64,000 nucleotides of DNA. It comes from an uncultured Candidatus Rokubacteria bacterium (lineage in GTDB: Bacteria; Methylomirabilota; Methylomirabilia; Rokubacteriales; CSP1-6). A model generated the notes under the pieces. It ran no database searches. It was not told the origin of the DNA and worked only from the letters and a program-made list of their open reading frames with translations. Of the stretch, positions 32,506-41,984 are shown piece by piece. A program made the translations under genes and the position numbers. The first letter of the stretch is position 1; each line of letters opens with the position of its first letter. The stretch spans positions 896,001 through 960,000 of the forward strand of contig CAWBMV010000034.1 of assembly GCA_963789955.1 (NCBI GenBank), given 5' to 3'.

Positions 32506-33481
32506 CACTGGATAATCTCGTCCGCCCGCACCAAGAGCGCTTGCGGGATGGTTAGCCCAAGGGCCTTGGCGGTCTTGAGGTTGATGACCAGCTCGAACTT
32601 CGTGGGTTGCTCGACGGGGAGATCGGACGGGCGGGCGCCTTTGAAGATGCGATCGACATAGGTCGCGAGGTGGCGGTAGACCTCGTTCATGTCGGCGCCG
32701 TAGCACATGAGCCCGCCAGCCTCGACAAAGTCGCGGAATTCGTAGAGCGCGGGAAGTCGGTGACGGGTCGCCAGGGCGACGATCAGATTCCGATGGATGT
32801 TGAAGAACGGGTTGGCGCCCACGAGCAGGACATCCGCGCGCGGCTCCGCGCAACCTGCGCAAAAGCCGGGTCCAACTCCTCCACGCGGCTGACGAACGTG
32901 ATCGGTAGCGCCTCGACCCCAACGCTCCGCGCTGCATTTTGAAATGCGTGCCTCGTCCGGCCCGGATCGACTAGCGCGGAGACCTGGAGCGTGGCCAGCC
33001 GCCGGACGGTCGGCACTGCGTTCTTGAGCAGCTCGATCCGTTTCACGTAAAGCTCCAGCGTGAGGTTCGCAATGCCGGTGAGATTGCCTTCCGGTCGGCT
33101 CAGGGTACGAACGAAACCCGTCTCAACCGGATCACCCGTGATGAACACGATGGGGATCGTGGTCGTGGCCCGCTGGGCGGCCCGGACCGCGACGGCAGCC
33201 TCCGCTACGATCACATCGACATTGAGCCGGGTGAGGTCGGCGGCCAGGGTCGGGAGTCGGTCCACCGTGTCGTTCGCATACCGCTCGTGAAGTATGTAGG
33301 CGGGCCCCTCGATGTGACCGAGTTCCCGCATTCCTCGCAGGAACTCAGCCCTCAGTCGAGGCTGCGGGGCCATTGCAAGCCAGCCCACCTGCTTGGCTCG
33401 GCCCGCCTCTTGCGCCTCAGCGGCGAGCGGTACGGCGAGAATGCCAATGACGCTCGCGGCCATGAACGTCCGGCGGTCCAT
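32505..33481 (-). CDS. ABC_sub_bind protein; frameshift near 32840
   Basis: MDRRTFM, RPEGNLTG, GGLMCYG, RADEIIQ; TGATG coupling to the next paralog. Confidence 0.88.
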
Positions 33482-33552
33482 CACTGAATGATCTCGTCGG
33501 CTCGGATCAGGACGCGCTGCGGAGTCGCTGGGCCCAGCAACAAGGTCGGCGA

Positions 33553-33930
33553 TCATCGCGTAGACCCCGCTGTTAACCGGGGGTCATCTGCAGAGACGCA
33601 GATACTCGACTGCGCGAGGCCACTGTCGCGGTAAGCTCCTTTGAAGACCTCCAGCTTCGGCAGCGGCGATGTCCTCGACAAACGTAGGGTTTCATCGCGG
33701 CTCGCTTGGACCGCGTCGTTTCGTTTGTACTCACATGTGGCCGCAGAGTCATATGTTGCAATGCGCTTCCATTGGTTGAGGGGCGCTTGCGCCAAAATGC
33801 CAAACACGACATTTGATGTCTCATCGACGGGGGGTTCCAATAGGTACCAGCTCCTTGCACCTTCACCTGCCAGCGCGTCACCCGGTGCGATGAGCAACAC
33901 GACTGTCATCCAGAGCCCGATGAGCCGCAT
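33553..33930 (-). CDS. Exported hypothetical protein starting with cassette-derived MRLIGL
   Basis: Signal peptide, WYLLEPP, APLNQW, YDSAATC, CVSADDPRL. Confidence 0.7.
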   Translation of the reverse strand: MRLIGLWMTVVLLIAPGDALAGEGARSWYLLEPPVDETSNVVFGILAQAPLNQWKRIATYDSAATCEYKRNDAVQASRDETLRLSRTSPLPKLEVFKGAYRDSGLAQSSICVSADDPRLTAGSTR

Positions 33931-33992
33931 GTGCACCTCGGTGGAGGATGGCTGGCGGGAGTCTAGACGAACGGCACGACGTGCACCAGCAC
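33913..33992 (-). repeat. Promoter-RBS-signal-peptide cassette copy 4
   Basis: Plus strand gagcccgatgagccgcatgtgcacctcggtggaggatggctggcgggagtctagacgaacg. Confidence 0.88.
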
Positions 33993-34179
33993 GGCGCCGC
34001 ACGAGGAGGGCGCGGTCACGAGCCTAGTTGCACCAGGCCGCGCGCCGGATCTAGCTTCTCAACGCGAGCGCCTTCGTGAACTCGGCCTTGACCTGCGACC
34101 ACGCCTCCGCGCTCCAGTGCGTCTGCAGCATCACGCGCAGGACGCGGTTGATGCGGAGTCAGGGGTGCCAAGGCGGGCG

Positions 34180-34941
34180 TCAGCCAAGTCGCTTGAACCA
34201 CTCGATCAGCTTCGGCCCGTCGCGCAGGTCCAGTCGGTTCGGCATGACGGCCTTGAACTCTTCATAGACACCGGGCGCGAACAAGGCCGTCGTCGTGATG
34301 ATGGCCTTCGAGACGTTCTGGTGTAGGTTCAGGACTCCGTAGAGGGCCCGCGCATCGTTCGCTGGGACCGTGTGGCCCGGACTGTACGCCTTCACCTGGT
34401 CGTAGAAGCAGATCGTCCCCCAGTCCGGTCTACTGGCGATGATGTCGCGCCCGCCGTCGCCGCTGCGAGGCGTCAGGACGACTTCGGGCCACCCCTCGCG
34501 TTTGTACGCGCCGGCGATCAGCTCCTCGATCTTGCGCCAGTTCAGTTGATGGAGGAAGTCCGGGTCGCGCTCCAGCGCCTTGATGATCTCGAACCAGGGT
34601 AACGCCACCGCCTCGATGAGCTGCCCCTCAGCCGCACGGCCTCCGGTGACGATGATCGCGGCCGGGATCAACAGCTCGGGCAGGCTGACGTCGACACCTG
34701 GCTTCTGGCCCTCCATCCCCAGGCCCCCTGCGCCGAGCCTGACCGCGACATCATCGCGGGCCGTGCGGACAACAACCTCAGCCTGGCCGCTGACGACCGC
34801 CCGGCCCGCCGCGTGCCCCTCGGCGGCGATGACGGATTGTTGGGCACGGCGATACCACGCCGCAACCAACGCGCTCATGCCAAGCGGAGTCCCTTCGATC
34901 TCGTTGCGGCCGGGCTCCGCGTTCATCTCGTCGTTCGTCAT
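34180..34941 (-). CDS. Mrr-like restriction endonuclease (Mrr_cat)
   Basis: EELIAGAYKREGW, LTPRSGDGGRDIIA, QVKAY, AIITTT, LRDG. Confidence 0.85.
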   Translation of the reverse strand: MTNDEMNAEPGRNEIEGTPLGMSALVAAWYRRAQQSVIAAEGHAAGRAVVSGQAEVVVRTARDDVAVRLGAGGLGMEGQKPGVDVSLPELLIPAAIIVTGGRAAEGQLIEAVALPWFEIIKALERDPDFLHQLNWRKIEELIAGAYKREGWPEVVLTPRSGDGGRDIIASRPDWGTICFYDQVKAYSPGHTVPANDARALYGVLNLHQNVSKAIITTTALFAPGVYEEFKAVMPNRLDLRDGPKLIEWFKRLG

Positions 34942-35262
34942 CGCGTGTCCCCCTTGTCCAGCGCCTCCCACGCCGCGCGCTGTGTCGCCCGCCACGGCGT
35001 CCGCTCCCAGGCGGGTCCCGGTCGCACTGGTCGGCGAGTGCTCCATCCCGGTCGTGTAGAACGTCGCGCGCCAGCCGCGCTCGTCGTACTGGGTGAGTTG
35101 CAGATCGTAGCCCTGGCGGCGCATTCCGACCGCGACGTGACCGATCCCGGCCCAGGAGTCGAGCCAGGAGCGCAGCGCCCAGAGGGCACGGTCGTAGGAG
35201 GGCAGCGAGCACCCGGCGAAGCCGACAGCCGCACGTAGGAGCTGGCCGCGTGGGTCGAGCAT
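34938..35262 (-). CDS. Hypothetical family A protein; frameshift near 35015
   Basis: MLDPRGQLL...WLDSWAGIGHVAVGM...GWRATFYTTGMEHSP...WERTPWRATQRAAWEAL. Confidence 0.75.
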
Positions 35263-35264
35263 GG

Positions 35265-35633
35265 TCACGGTTGGACGGGTGATTCGTGCCAATCGTGATG
35301 GCACCACATGCATTGACGGGCTTTCGATGTGCGAACGATCCGGCCACAACGTGGGCAGCGATTGACAAAGCTTAGGTCATGACCCTCGCGAAGGACGCGC
35401 TCGCCGATGCGGCGATATGCTTCGTTCAACCATTGCGCATAGGTCTGGATGGCTATGGATTGGTGAATTTCCTCAGGGTGGACCTCCACGCTCTTGACCT
35501 CTATCATCGCCGCCTTAATCGCCAGCCGTTCATTGATCACGCCGACTTCGTCATACCCAAAGAGGTAGAAACCCAGTTGCCACGCCTCGTCGTATTCCCG
35601 CGGCATATCTCGACCCTCAGCGTCTTCGCTCAC
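35265..35633 (-). CDS. Hypothetical protein with C-terminal zinc ribbon
   Basis: NRCPRCGRIVRTSKARQCMWCHHDWH; GTGA coupling to the upstream SBP. Confidence 0.7.
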   Translation of the reverse strand: MSEDAEGRDMPREYDEAWQLGFYLFGYDEVGVINERLAIKAAMIEVKSVEVHPEEIHQSIAIQTYAQWLNEAYRRIGERVLREGHDLSFVNRCPRCGRIVRTSKARQCMWCHHDWHESPVQP

Positions 35634-36625
35634 TGAATGATCTCGTCGGCCCGAATGAGTATTGATTGCGGGATCGTCAACCCGAGTGCTTTGGCCGTCT
35701 TGAGGTTGATCACCATCTCGAACTTCGTGGGCTGCTCCACGGGGAGGTCGGCGGGCTTGGCGCCTTTGAGGATCTTGTCGACGTGAACCGCGCTGCGACG
35801 GACCAAGTCGCTGATGCTCGCTCCGTAGGTGATGAGGCCTCCGAGCTCCGCGAACTCCCTGACGCTGAACATTGAGGGCAGCCGGTACCTCGTGGCGAGG
35901 TCGACAATGTGTCTTCGTTCGTTGAACAGCATGGGGCTCGGGAACACGATGAGAGCACTGACGCGGTCTCTGGTCATCGTGGAGAAAGCGTGATCGAGGT
36001 CGTCGAGACTCCGGACCTCTACGAGTTGAAGCTGCACTCCCAGGGTCCGTGCCGCGACCTGGGTCCGCTGCACCATTTCCCGTGTGGTGCGCTCGCTAAA
36101 GGCGCCAGGATGCCAGAGGGCAGCCACGCGAGAAACGTTGGGCAGCGCTTCCTTGAGCAGCTCTAGACGCTTGGGCACCAGCTCAGGGCCGAGGAAGGTC
36201 AATCCCGTGATATTCCCGCCCGGCCGCGCGAGGCTGGCGACCAATCCGTCTCCGACCGGATCGCCCATGATCGCCGCGACGATAGGGATACCGGTGGTCG
36301 CTTGCTGTGCGGCGCGGGCCGTAGCCGTACCCATGGCGACGATGAGGTGGACCTTGAGACGGGCCAACTCGGTCGCGAGTGCTGGAAGCCGGTCGATCTT
36401 TCCGTCCGCTGCGCGGTACTCAGTGACGATGGTCTGCCCCTCCACATAGCCGTGTTCGCGCAGCCCCTGACTGAACGCGTCGCGCAGCGCGCGCCCCTCG
36501 GGGGATTCGAGTGAGGGCGTCAACAGGAAACCTATCCGTGCGCTATTCGCCGTCGGCTGCGCCTCGGCGTCGAGCGGCGCAAGAGTGAGGCTGAGAGCGA
36601 GAATGACGAGCCCGATCAGCCGCAT
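35630..36625 (-). CDS. ABC transporter substrate-binding protein (ABC_sub_bind)
   Basis: MRLIGLVIL signal, [33 protein letters not shown]. Confidence 0.92.
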   Translation of the reverse strand: MRLIGLVILALSLTLAPLDAEAQPTANSARIGFLLTPSLESPEGRALRDAFSQGLREHGYVEGQTIVTEYRAADGKIDRLPALATELARLKVHLIVAMGTATARAAQQATTGIPIVAAIMGDPVGDGLVASLARPGGNITGLTFLGPELVPKRLELLKEALPNVSRVAALWHPGAFSERTTREMVQRTQVAARTLGVQLQLVEVRSLDDLDHAFSTMTRDRVSALIVFPSPMLFNERRHIVDLATRYRLPSMFSVREFAELGGLITYGASISDLVRRSAVHVDKILKGAKPADLPVEQPTKFEMVINLKTAKALGLTIPQSILIRADEIIQ

Positions 36626-36686
36626 GGGCACCTCGGTGGAGGATGGCTGGCGGGAGTCTAGCCGAACGGCGCGACGCGCACCAGCA
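36585..36686 (-). repeat. Promoter-RBS-signal-peptide cassette copy 5
   Basis: Plus strand cagccgcatgggcacctcggtggaggatggctggcgggagtctagccgaacg. Confidence 0.88.
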
Positions 36687-36840
36687 GCCGGCGCGTCCGA
36701 TCAGTCGAGTGTCCGCGCCGCGCTGCGGTCGGGGGCTATGCTCCATCCCGATTGTGAGGAATCTGAGGATCGGTGAGAACGCTCGCAGAGCGTAAGCGGG
36801 CTGAGCAGCCACACCCAGCAACACGCCGGAGTGTTGCGGA

Positions 36841-37317
36841 TTAGCTCAGGGTCCTCCGCCTCATCGCGGCCCGGAGAGTCTGCTGGGCCGCAAAGAGCGC
36901 GGCTTCACCCTCTCGGATCAGGACGTCCAAGTTGTCCGCGAGTTGCTGGTTCTGCGTTATCAAGTGTTGCGCCGCGTCCCGCACCGTCTGTGCCGCGAGG
37001 TGAATTTCGGATGGCGGTGCCGGGCAGCCGTAGAGGTGCGCCCGTACGTTCTCCGTCAAGTCCTTACGGCACCGTGGGCATATGTTCGTCCGGCCATCGA
37101 GCGGATCGGCCGCGAGCTCCATCATGCGGAAGCCGAGGCCACAGGATAGGCATTGGGCCACGACGTGATCTGAGCAGTAGACGAAGAGTAGTTGGCGCTC
37201 GTCAGGAGTTAGACCTCGACGCCGCGAGCAGTCGAGATGCGACAGGCGACCGTGGGATGCCTCGATGATGTCGTGCACCGAGATCGGCTGAGAGCACTGC
37301 GAGCATTTCACCTGCAT
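36841..37317 (-). CDS. Zinc-ribbon hypothetical protein with C-terminal coiled coil
   Basis: CSQC, HLDC, CLSC, CPRC, HLYGC; RBS gaggt. Confidence 0.65.
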   Translation of the reverse strand: MQVKCSQCSQPISVHDIIEASHGRLSHLDCSRRRGLTPDERQLLFVYCSDHVVAQCLSCGLGFRMMELAADPLDGRTNICPRCRKDLTENVRAHLYGCPAPPSEIHLAAQTVRDAAQHLITQNQQLADNLDVLIREGEAALFAAQQTLRAAMRRRTLS

Positions 37318-37761
37318 GGTGCGGGACCTCGCGGCGGACACTAGCACGAGTCGCAGCGCTCGTCTAGGGTGTATACCTGAGGTCTCGTCAGGGGATTGCC
37401 CAATCCACATAGCGCGGCGAGCGAAGCCGCACGCCTTCCCCGACACCCTTGACAGAGATGTGCCGGAGACGGCGTATTCATCGCCGCCGTCAAGACCGGC
37501 TCACGTGCGATCCAGGCCCACATTCAGGCGCGGGGGCAACGGGGCCAAGCCAAGCGCGATTCTCGCTGAGATAACAGCGCCCCCTCGCGGCTGGCACCCC
37601 GAGGGCCGGACCACAACGCCAACCGATGAGGAGCCAACCGACGAGGAGGGGACATGATGGGTGCGAAGCACGCGATGACACCGCGGAGACGATCCGATCG
37701 GCGTGCGGGCGGTGATCACCGACGAACTCCTCGAGCTCGGCGAGCAGGGTCATTCCGTCTC

Positions 37762-38070
37762 TCACTTCCCATTCGGCCCGCGCGGGTCCACGGTGTCGGG
37801 GAGGCAGGTGAACACGACCACGTAGGTGGTGCCATCTCGGTAGTAGGCGGTGGTTTTGTGGCCCTCGACGACCGCGCGAACTACGTCGGCATCGACGCCG
37901 GTCAGCTGCAACCGGGCGAAGCTCGCCCAACACTCTGCTTCAGTGGCTATTCCCTGGACCTGTTGCCACTCCTCCGCCCCCGAATGGTCGGTTCCGTGCG
38001 CCCACAGCGTCCACGTCTCAGCATCAACGGGAGCTGCCGCAAGGAGGGCGAGCATGACGAGCCCCGTCAT
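37762..38070 (-). CDS. Small exported protein
   Basis: Signal peptide, WTLW, EC, C-terminal CLPDTVDPRGP; ATGA coupling. Confidence 0.7.
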   Translation of the reverse strand: MTGLVMLALLAAAPVDAETWTLWAHGTDHSGAEEWQQVQGIATEAECWASFARLQLTGVDADVVRAVVEGHKTTAYYRDGTTYVVVFTCLPDTVDPRGPNGK

Positions 38071-38333
38071 CGCGTGCCCTGCTCAGTGCTCGCCCGCTTC
38101 ACGCTGACCTTCTCGTGCGCTCCCCACGTCCGCAGATCGGTGACCGCGGGCTCGCCGACTCGCTGGACGCGAACGCGCGCGTACTTGCCACCTGCCGTCG
38201 TGTACGGCCGGCTGACGACTTCCCACTCGCCCGTCTCGTCGACCAGGCGATCTCCGATCTTGAGCTCCATCGGTAGGATCCGCAGCGACGTCGGCGCCGC
38301 GGCCGCGGGCTTCTTCTCGGACGGCTTACCCAT
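38067..38333 (-). CDS. Hypothetical family B protein
   Basis: LPMELKIGDRLVDETGEWEVVSRPYTTAGGK; paralog of 20033-20335. Confidence 0.78.
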   Translation of the reverse strand: MGKPSEKKPAAAAPTSLRILPMELKIGDRLVDETGEWEVVSRPYTTAGGKYARVRVQRVGEPAVTDLRTWGAHEKVSVKRASTEQGTR

Positions 38334-38398
38334 CTCGCCGTCGTGTGCTTTTGTAGACATTGACGTTGCGCCCAGGGTTCGGGCACCGTTTACGCTCG

Positions 38399-38749
38399 AT
38401 GGATCCCCACGAACGCGCCACAAGCGTCTGGTACCGCGTCGCCGGGCTGCTACGTCGGAAGGACCTCGCGATCGAGATCGTCGAAGCCGAGATCCGCTCG
38501 GCACAGCACGAGGTCTGGCTCGAGGCCGCGAAGCTCGTACTCAGCGGCGAGCCCGTCGAGATCGCGCGCCAGCTGCGCGCGGGCGGAGTCGATCATCCGG
38601 CCGACCGGACCGACGATGTGACGCCTGACGGTCGAGAACGTCCCTCGGCAAGGCTGGATGCCGTCACTGCGTCGGGCCATCAGGTCCCCCTTGATCGGCA
38701 GGCGGTGCCTGCACGATGTAGTGCACCAGGCGCTGCCCGTACGGCGTGA
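38399..38749 (+). CDS. Hypothetical family C protein (3' end diverged)
   Basis: SVWYRVAGL...LAIEIVEAEIRS...LEAAKLVLSGEPVEIARQLR. Confidence 0.6.
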   Translation: MDPHERATSVWYRVAGLLRRKDLAIEIVEAEIRSAQHEVWLEAAKLVLSGEPVEIARQLRAGGVDHPADRTDDVTPDGRERPSARLDAVTASGHQVPLDRQAVPARCSAPGAARTA

Positions 38750-39372
38750 CACTCGCGGCCGTGTTCTCGGCGCCCTCGGCGGTCATCGTCGTGTGGACGT
38801 TCAGGGCCAGAACCTTCAGGTCATTCAGCTGGTCAACGAGATCGTTGATTCGGCTGCGCGGCATATCCCGGAGCCGCCGCTCGAGAACGTGACCGGGCGA
38901 TCCCATGTACATATCCGTGTTCGGGTCGCGGGGCTGCATCACCGCGCGGATGATCTTCAGATGTGCGACCTGGAGCTGATCCATTGTCCGCAACATGCGG
39001 AGCTGCTCGTCATAGTCCGTGGGAGACGTCGCCGTGATCGCGTCCAACAGGAGCGCCCGGAACATGCGCCGCTTCTCTTCGTGGCGCTCACCAACGACAC
39101 GACGGAGTGTGTGATCGAGCAGATCCTTGAATTCCTCGGATCGGACGTACTCCTCCTGAACCTTTGCGCCGAGCGCCTTGACGTCGGCGACAATGCCCGT
39201 CAGCGCGCAGGCGCTCGGCTCGTCGCGCCGCCGCCCACTCGCCGAAGACCCAACCGACGGCGCCGCCGAAGACGGGGATGGCATTCGACAGGAGCGTGAC
39301 GAGCGACAGATAGTCGTCGACGGGGTTGGGCAGCGCGAGGTCCTCGGGACCAGGCCGATCCTCTGCCATCAT
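38664..39372 (-). CDS. Hypothetical helical protein (Abi-alpha-like pattern); frameshift near 39205
   Basis: AIPVFGGAV, SEEFKDLL, EEKRRMFRALL, C-terminal wHTH-like VTPYGQRLV. Confidence 0.6.
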
Positions 39373-39866
39373 CAGTCCTCTCTCCTCGGCGTGACTAGTG
39401 CGGCGAGGCGCTCGATCGCCGCCACTACGTTGGCGTGCAGCAGATCGGGTTTGCAATGGTCGAGAAACAGTCTCAGGCCAGGCAGGAGCGCGGAGATCTC
39501 TGCGCTCGGGTCCCATTGCTTCTGTGGCGCATCACCGGTGAACCGTTTCTTCGTCAAATGCGCGATCTGTTTGTCGGCGCGAAGCTTCACGGCCTTCAGG
39601 AAGTCAGAGGCCTCACCGCGCGCGGCGAGCCATGCGGCCTTGTCGCGAACGTAATGGACAGCGTTGACGTCGTCGGGCGGCTTGGGCTTCCAGTAGACGA
39701 ACTCGATGAGGTTCCGGAGGTGCAGAGCGTACGATTCGAGGAGCGCGTTCGTCAGCGAATTTCGTTCCGGCATGAACGCCAGCAGTAGGTGGGCTGCGCG
39801 CACACACATTTCGATTTCGTATCGGACGTGCTCGCCGCCATAGAAGTAGAGCTTTTCGTCCCTCAC
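39372..39866 (-). CDS. Hypothetical protein, HEPN-like
   Basis: EHVRYEIEM, NALLESYALHLRNLIEF, RADKQIAH (Rx6H). Confidence 0.6.
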   Translation of the reverse strand: MRDEKLYFYGGEHVRYEIEMCVRAAHLLLAFMPERNSLTNALLESYALHLRNLIEFVYWKPKPPDDVNAVHYVRDKAAWLAARGEASDFLKAVKLRADKQIAHLTKKRFTGDAPQKQWDPSAEISALLPGLRLFLDHCKPDLLHANVVAAIERLAALVTPRRED

Positions 39867-40088
39867 GTCTGAGCTCCGGATCTCTGTGGGTAAACACCGG
39901 ACGTCGCTGACCGGGGAAACGCCCGATTCCCAGCGGATCCGCGATGGCCCACACTTGCCCGGCGATGCCCTGGCGCAGCCCGAGCATCCATCCGTTCGCC
40001 GAGGTAGCCAGTTCGAGAATGGGCTTTGCCCGTGAACCATCCCATCGTCAATTCCTATCTCGTGTTAACTTTACGCTCGCGAATGCCG

Positions 40089-40361
40089 ATGGATCTCTCC
40101 GACGCGGCGCGAGAGCTTCTGATCGAAGCAGCACGAGATCCCGCAGGGCTCATCCTCAGGTTGACGGCACCCGGAGGCAGGGCCTACCTCAAGACCAACA
40201 GTAGAGCGTTCGGCGACGGATCTCCGCATGAACAAGCCCGTTGGGCGAGCGGCGCGAGGCAACTCATGGCTGTCGGGCTCGTCGAACCGCAGGGCGACCG
40301 GGTTTTCTGCATCACTCCCGAGGGGTACCAGGCGGCCGATCTTCTGCAGCGGCGCAAGTAA
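40089..40361 (+). CDS. Small wHTH-like hypothetical protein
   Basis: LSDAARELLIEA...QLMAVGLV...FCITPEGYQAAD. Confidence 0.6.
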   Translation: MDLSDAARELLIEAARDPAGLILRLTAPGGRAYLKTNSRAFGDGSPHEQARWASGARQLMAVGLVEPQGDRVFCITPEGYQAADLLQRRK

Positions 40362-40384
40362 CCACAACCGGGCGGGGCGCGGCA

Positions 40385-40777
40385 ATGGTGAAGTTTCCGT
40401 TCGCAAGAATCCTCGTGATCGATGACAACCCCGCAGTGGTCGACATCCTGGCCACCCATCTCCGCGGGGCGGGGTACGGGGTCTCGGGCGCGTTGACGGG
40501 CGACGAGGGCTTGAAGGACTTCACCCTGGCCCGTCCGGATCTCGTCCTGCTCGACATCACGCTGCAGGGCGAGATGAACGGGATCGAACTCCTCAAGCGA
40601 ATCCGCTCGATCGATCCAGCCAGCAAGGTGATCATGGTGACCGGGAACGCTGACCCCGTGGTGGCTCGCGAGGCCCTCGAGCTCGGCGCGATTGCCTACA
40701 TCGACAAGCCGTTCGACTTCGCCTACCTCAAGCGCGTCGTCGCGCTCGCGCTCCGGCCAGAGACCACCTCAGGCTGA
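40385..40777 (+). CDS. Stand-alone response regulator receiver protein
   Basis: ILVIDD, PDLVLLD, MVTG, YIDKPFD. Confidence 0.9.
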   Translation: MVKFPFARILVIDDNPAVVDILATHLRGAGYGVSGALTGDEGLKDFTLARPDLVLLDITLQGEMNGIELLKRIRSIDPASKVIMVTGNADPVVAREALELGAIAYIDKPFDFAYLKRVVALALRPETTSG

Positions 40778-40995
40778 CGGGTCGATGGCGTTGCTGCTCG
40801 CCGCTACCGACTCGGGCTCGTCAAGCATGGCGAACGCGAGCGCGGGCGTCACAAATCCTACTCGCGGCCCGCCGTGTAAGTCCGCGTCCCCGTGACCGGT
40901 CATGACCGATCCCGCCGCCGTCACAAAGGATGTGATTCGTGACACGCGCGCGTGGCCTGGCGGCGTCGGGTCGACTGCGGGTCGCGAAAGATGGG

Positions 40996-41694
40996 CTACG
41001 CGATGTGCGGTGCGCGGTCCAGCCGCTCGGTGAAGGTCTCGTTGGCGCCCACCACCCAGATCTCCGCCCAGCCCTCGCGTGACGCGGCCTCTCCGTATAG
41101 CTCGCGGAAAGCCTCGATGACGGCCGGAAGCGCCAGCCACGGGGTTCGGATGGCATTGATGGCCAAGACCACCCCCGCCTGAGCGGGCCGCTTGCCCTCG
41201 ATGGCGTCCCACAGGCTGCGCGCCCCGTTGCTCGCCGGGCCAGGGGGCACGCTGGAGCCGAGTTCAATACCCCGCCAGAAGTCCGCCGGCATCTTGGGTC
41301 GAGTCACCTGGAACCTCAGGGGTGCGCGACGCCGATCGATGGTGTCCCGCGCTTCGCAATCGTCCCCGCCGGCCATCGGCTCCTTGAGGCGTACAGGAGC
41401 GCCCCACGTTCGACCGTTCGTATTGAGCCGGCGAATCAGAAACTGGGCTGTATCGAGCGTGAGGTCCTCGCCCTCGGACTTCCTTCCGCTCGCGGAGGCG
41501 CGCTCGATGATCCCGTTGTTGATCTCTGCAGCCGCGTCCCAGCCTCGGCTGTCGGAGCTGCTGATCCCGTCCCTGGTCGGGCCGTGGACGTGGGCGACGA
41601 TCCCCTCGCCCTTGACCGCGTAACTCCCCGTGTCGGCAGTGAGGGTTATGTGCCGCGGCTTCTCTTCGTCGCCCGGTCCCTGATGTTCGGTCAT
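40996..41694 (-). CDS. Hypothetical protein, possible PD-(D/E)XK-like fold
   Basis: GDDCEARD...LRFQVT, AIEGK, WAEIWVVG. Confidence 0.5.
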   Translation of the reverse strand: MTEHQGPGDEEKPRHITLTADTGSYAVKGEGIVAHVHGPTRDGISSSDSRGWDAAAEINNGIIERASASGRKSEGEDLTLDTAQFLIRRLNTNGRTWGAPVRLKEPMAGGDDCEARDTIDRRRAPLRFQVTRPKMPADFWRGIELGSSVPPGPASNGARSLWDAIEGKRPAQAGVVLAINAIRTPWLALPAVIEAFRELYGEAASREGWAEIWVVGANETFTERLDRAPHIA

Positions 41695-41984
41695 AGCGTT
41701 TCTGCACTCTACCATCCACCCATCGCAGTGCGGAGCGACGGCTGCTAGTTGACTTGATCGCCTGATCTGCGTGACCATGTCTCAGCGGCGACTCCACCCC
41801 ACTCCGAGTAATCCCCACCCCACTCCACCGCCGCGCGATTCGAGTTCTGTCTGGAAGCGGACGTCTATGCTGAGGACAAGGATCCCGCGCGGACGCACCG
41901 CGCACAGATTCAAGTTCGACCCCCTCACGAGTGGCGAGATCAAGGCGTTGCAGTCCGTCCCCAGCGGTGCCGACGCCCACCGCG

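Noticed and set aside
34180..35349. 389-aa fusion of family A with the Mrr nuclease
   Set aside because: Created by a frameshift near 35015; the corrected family A gene stops at 34938, overlapping the nuclease ATG
19111..36686. Five-copy repeat as a CRISPR array
   Set aside because: Spacing is 2.5-9 kb and irregular, the repeat includes coding sequence, and there are no cas genes
41900..41935. caagttcgacccc as a tRNA T-arm or att site
   Set aside because: No cloverleaf or acceptor stem can be formed
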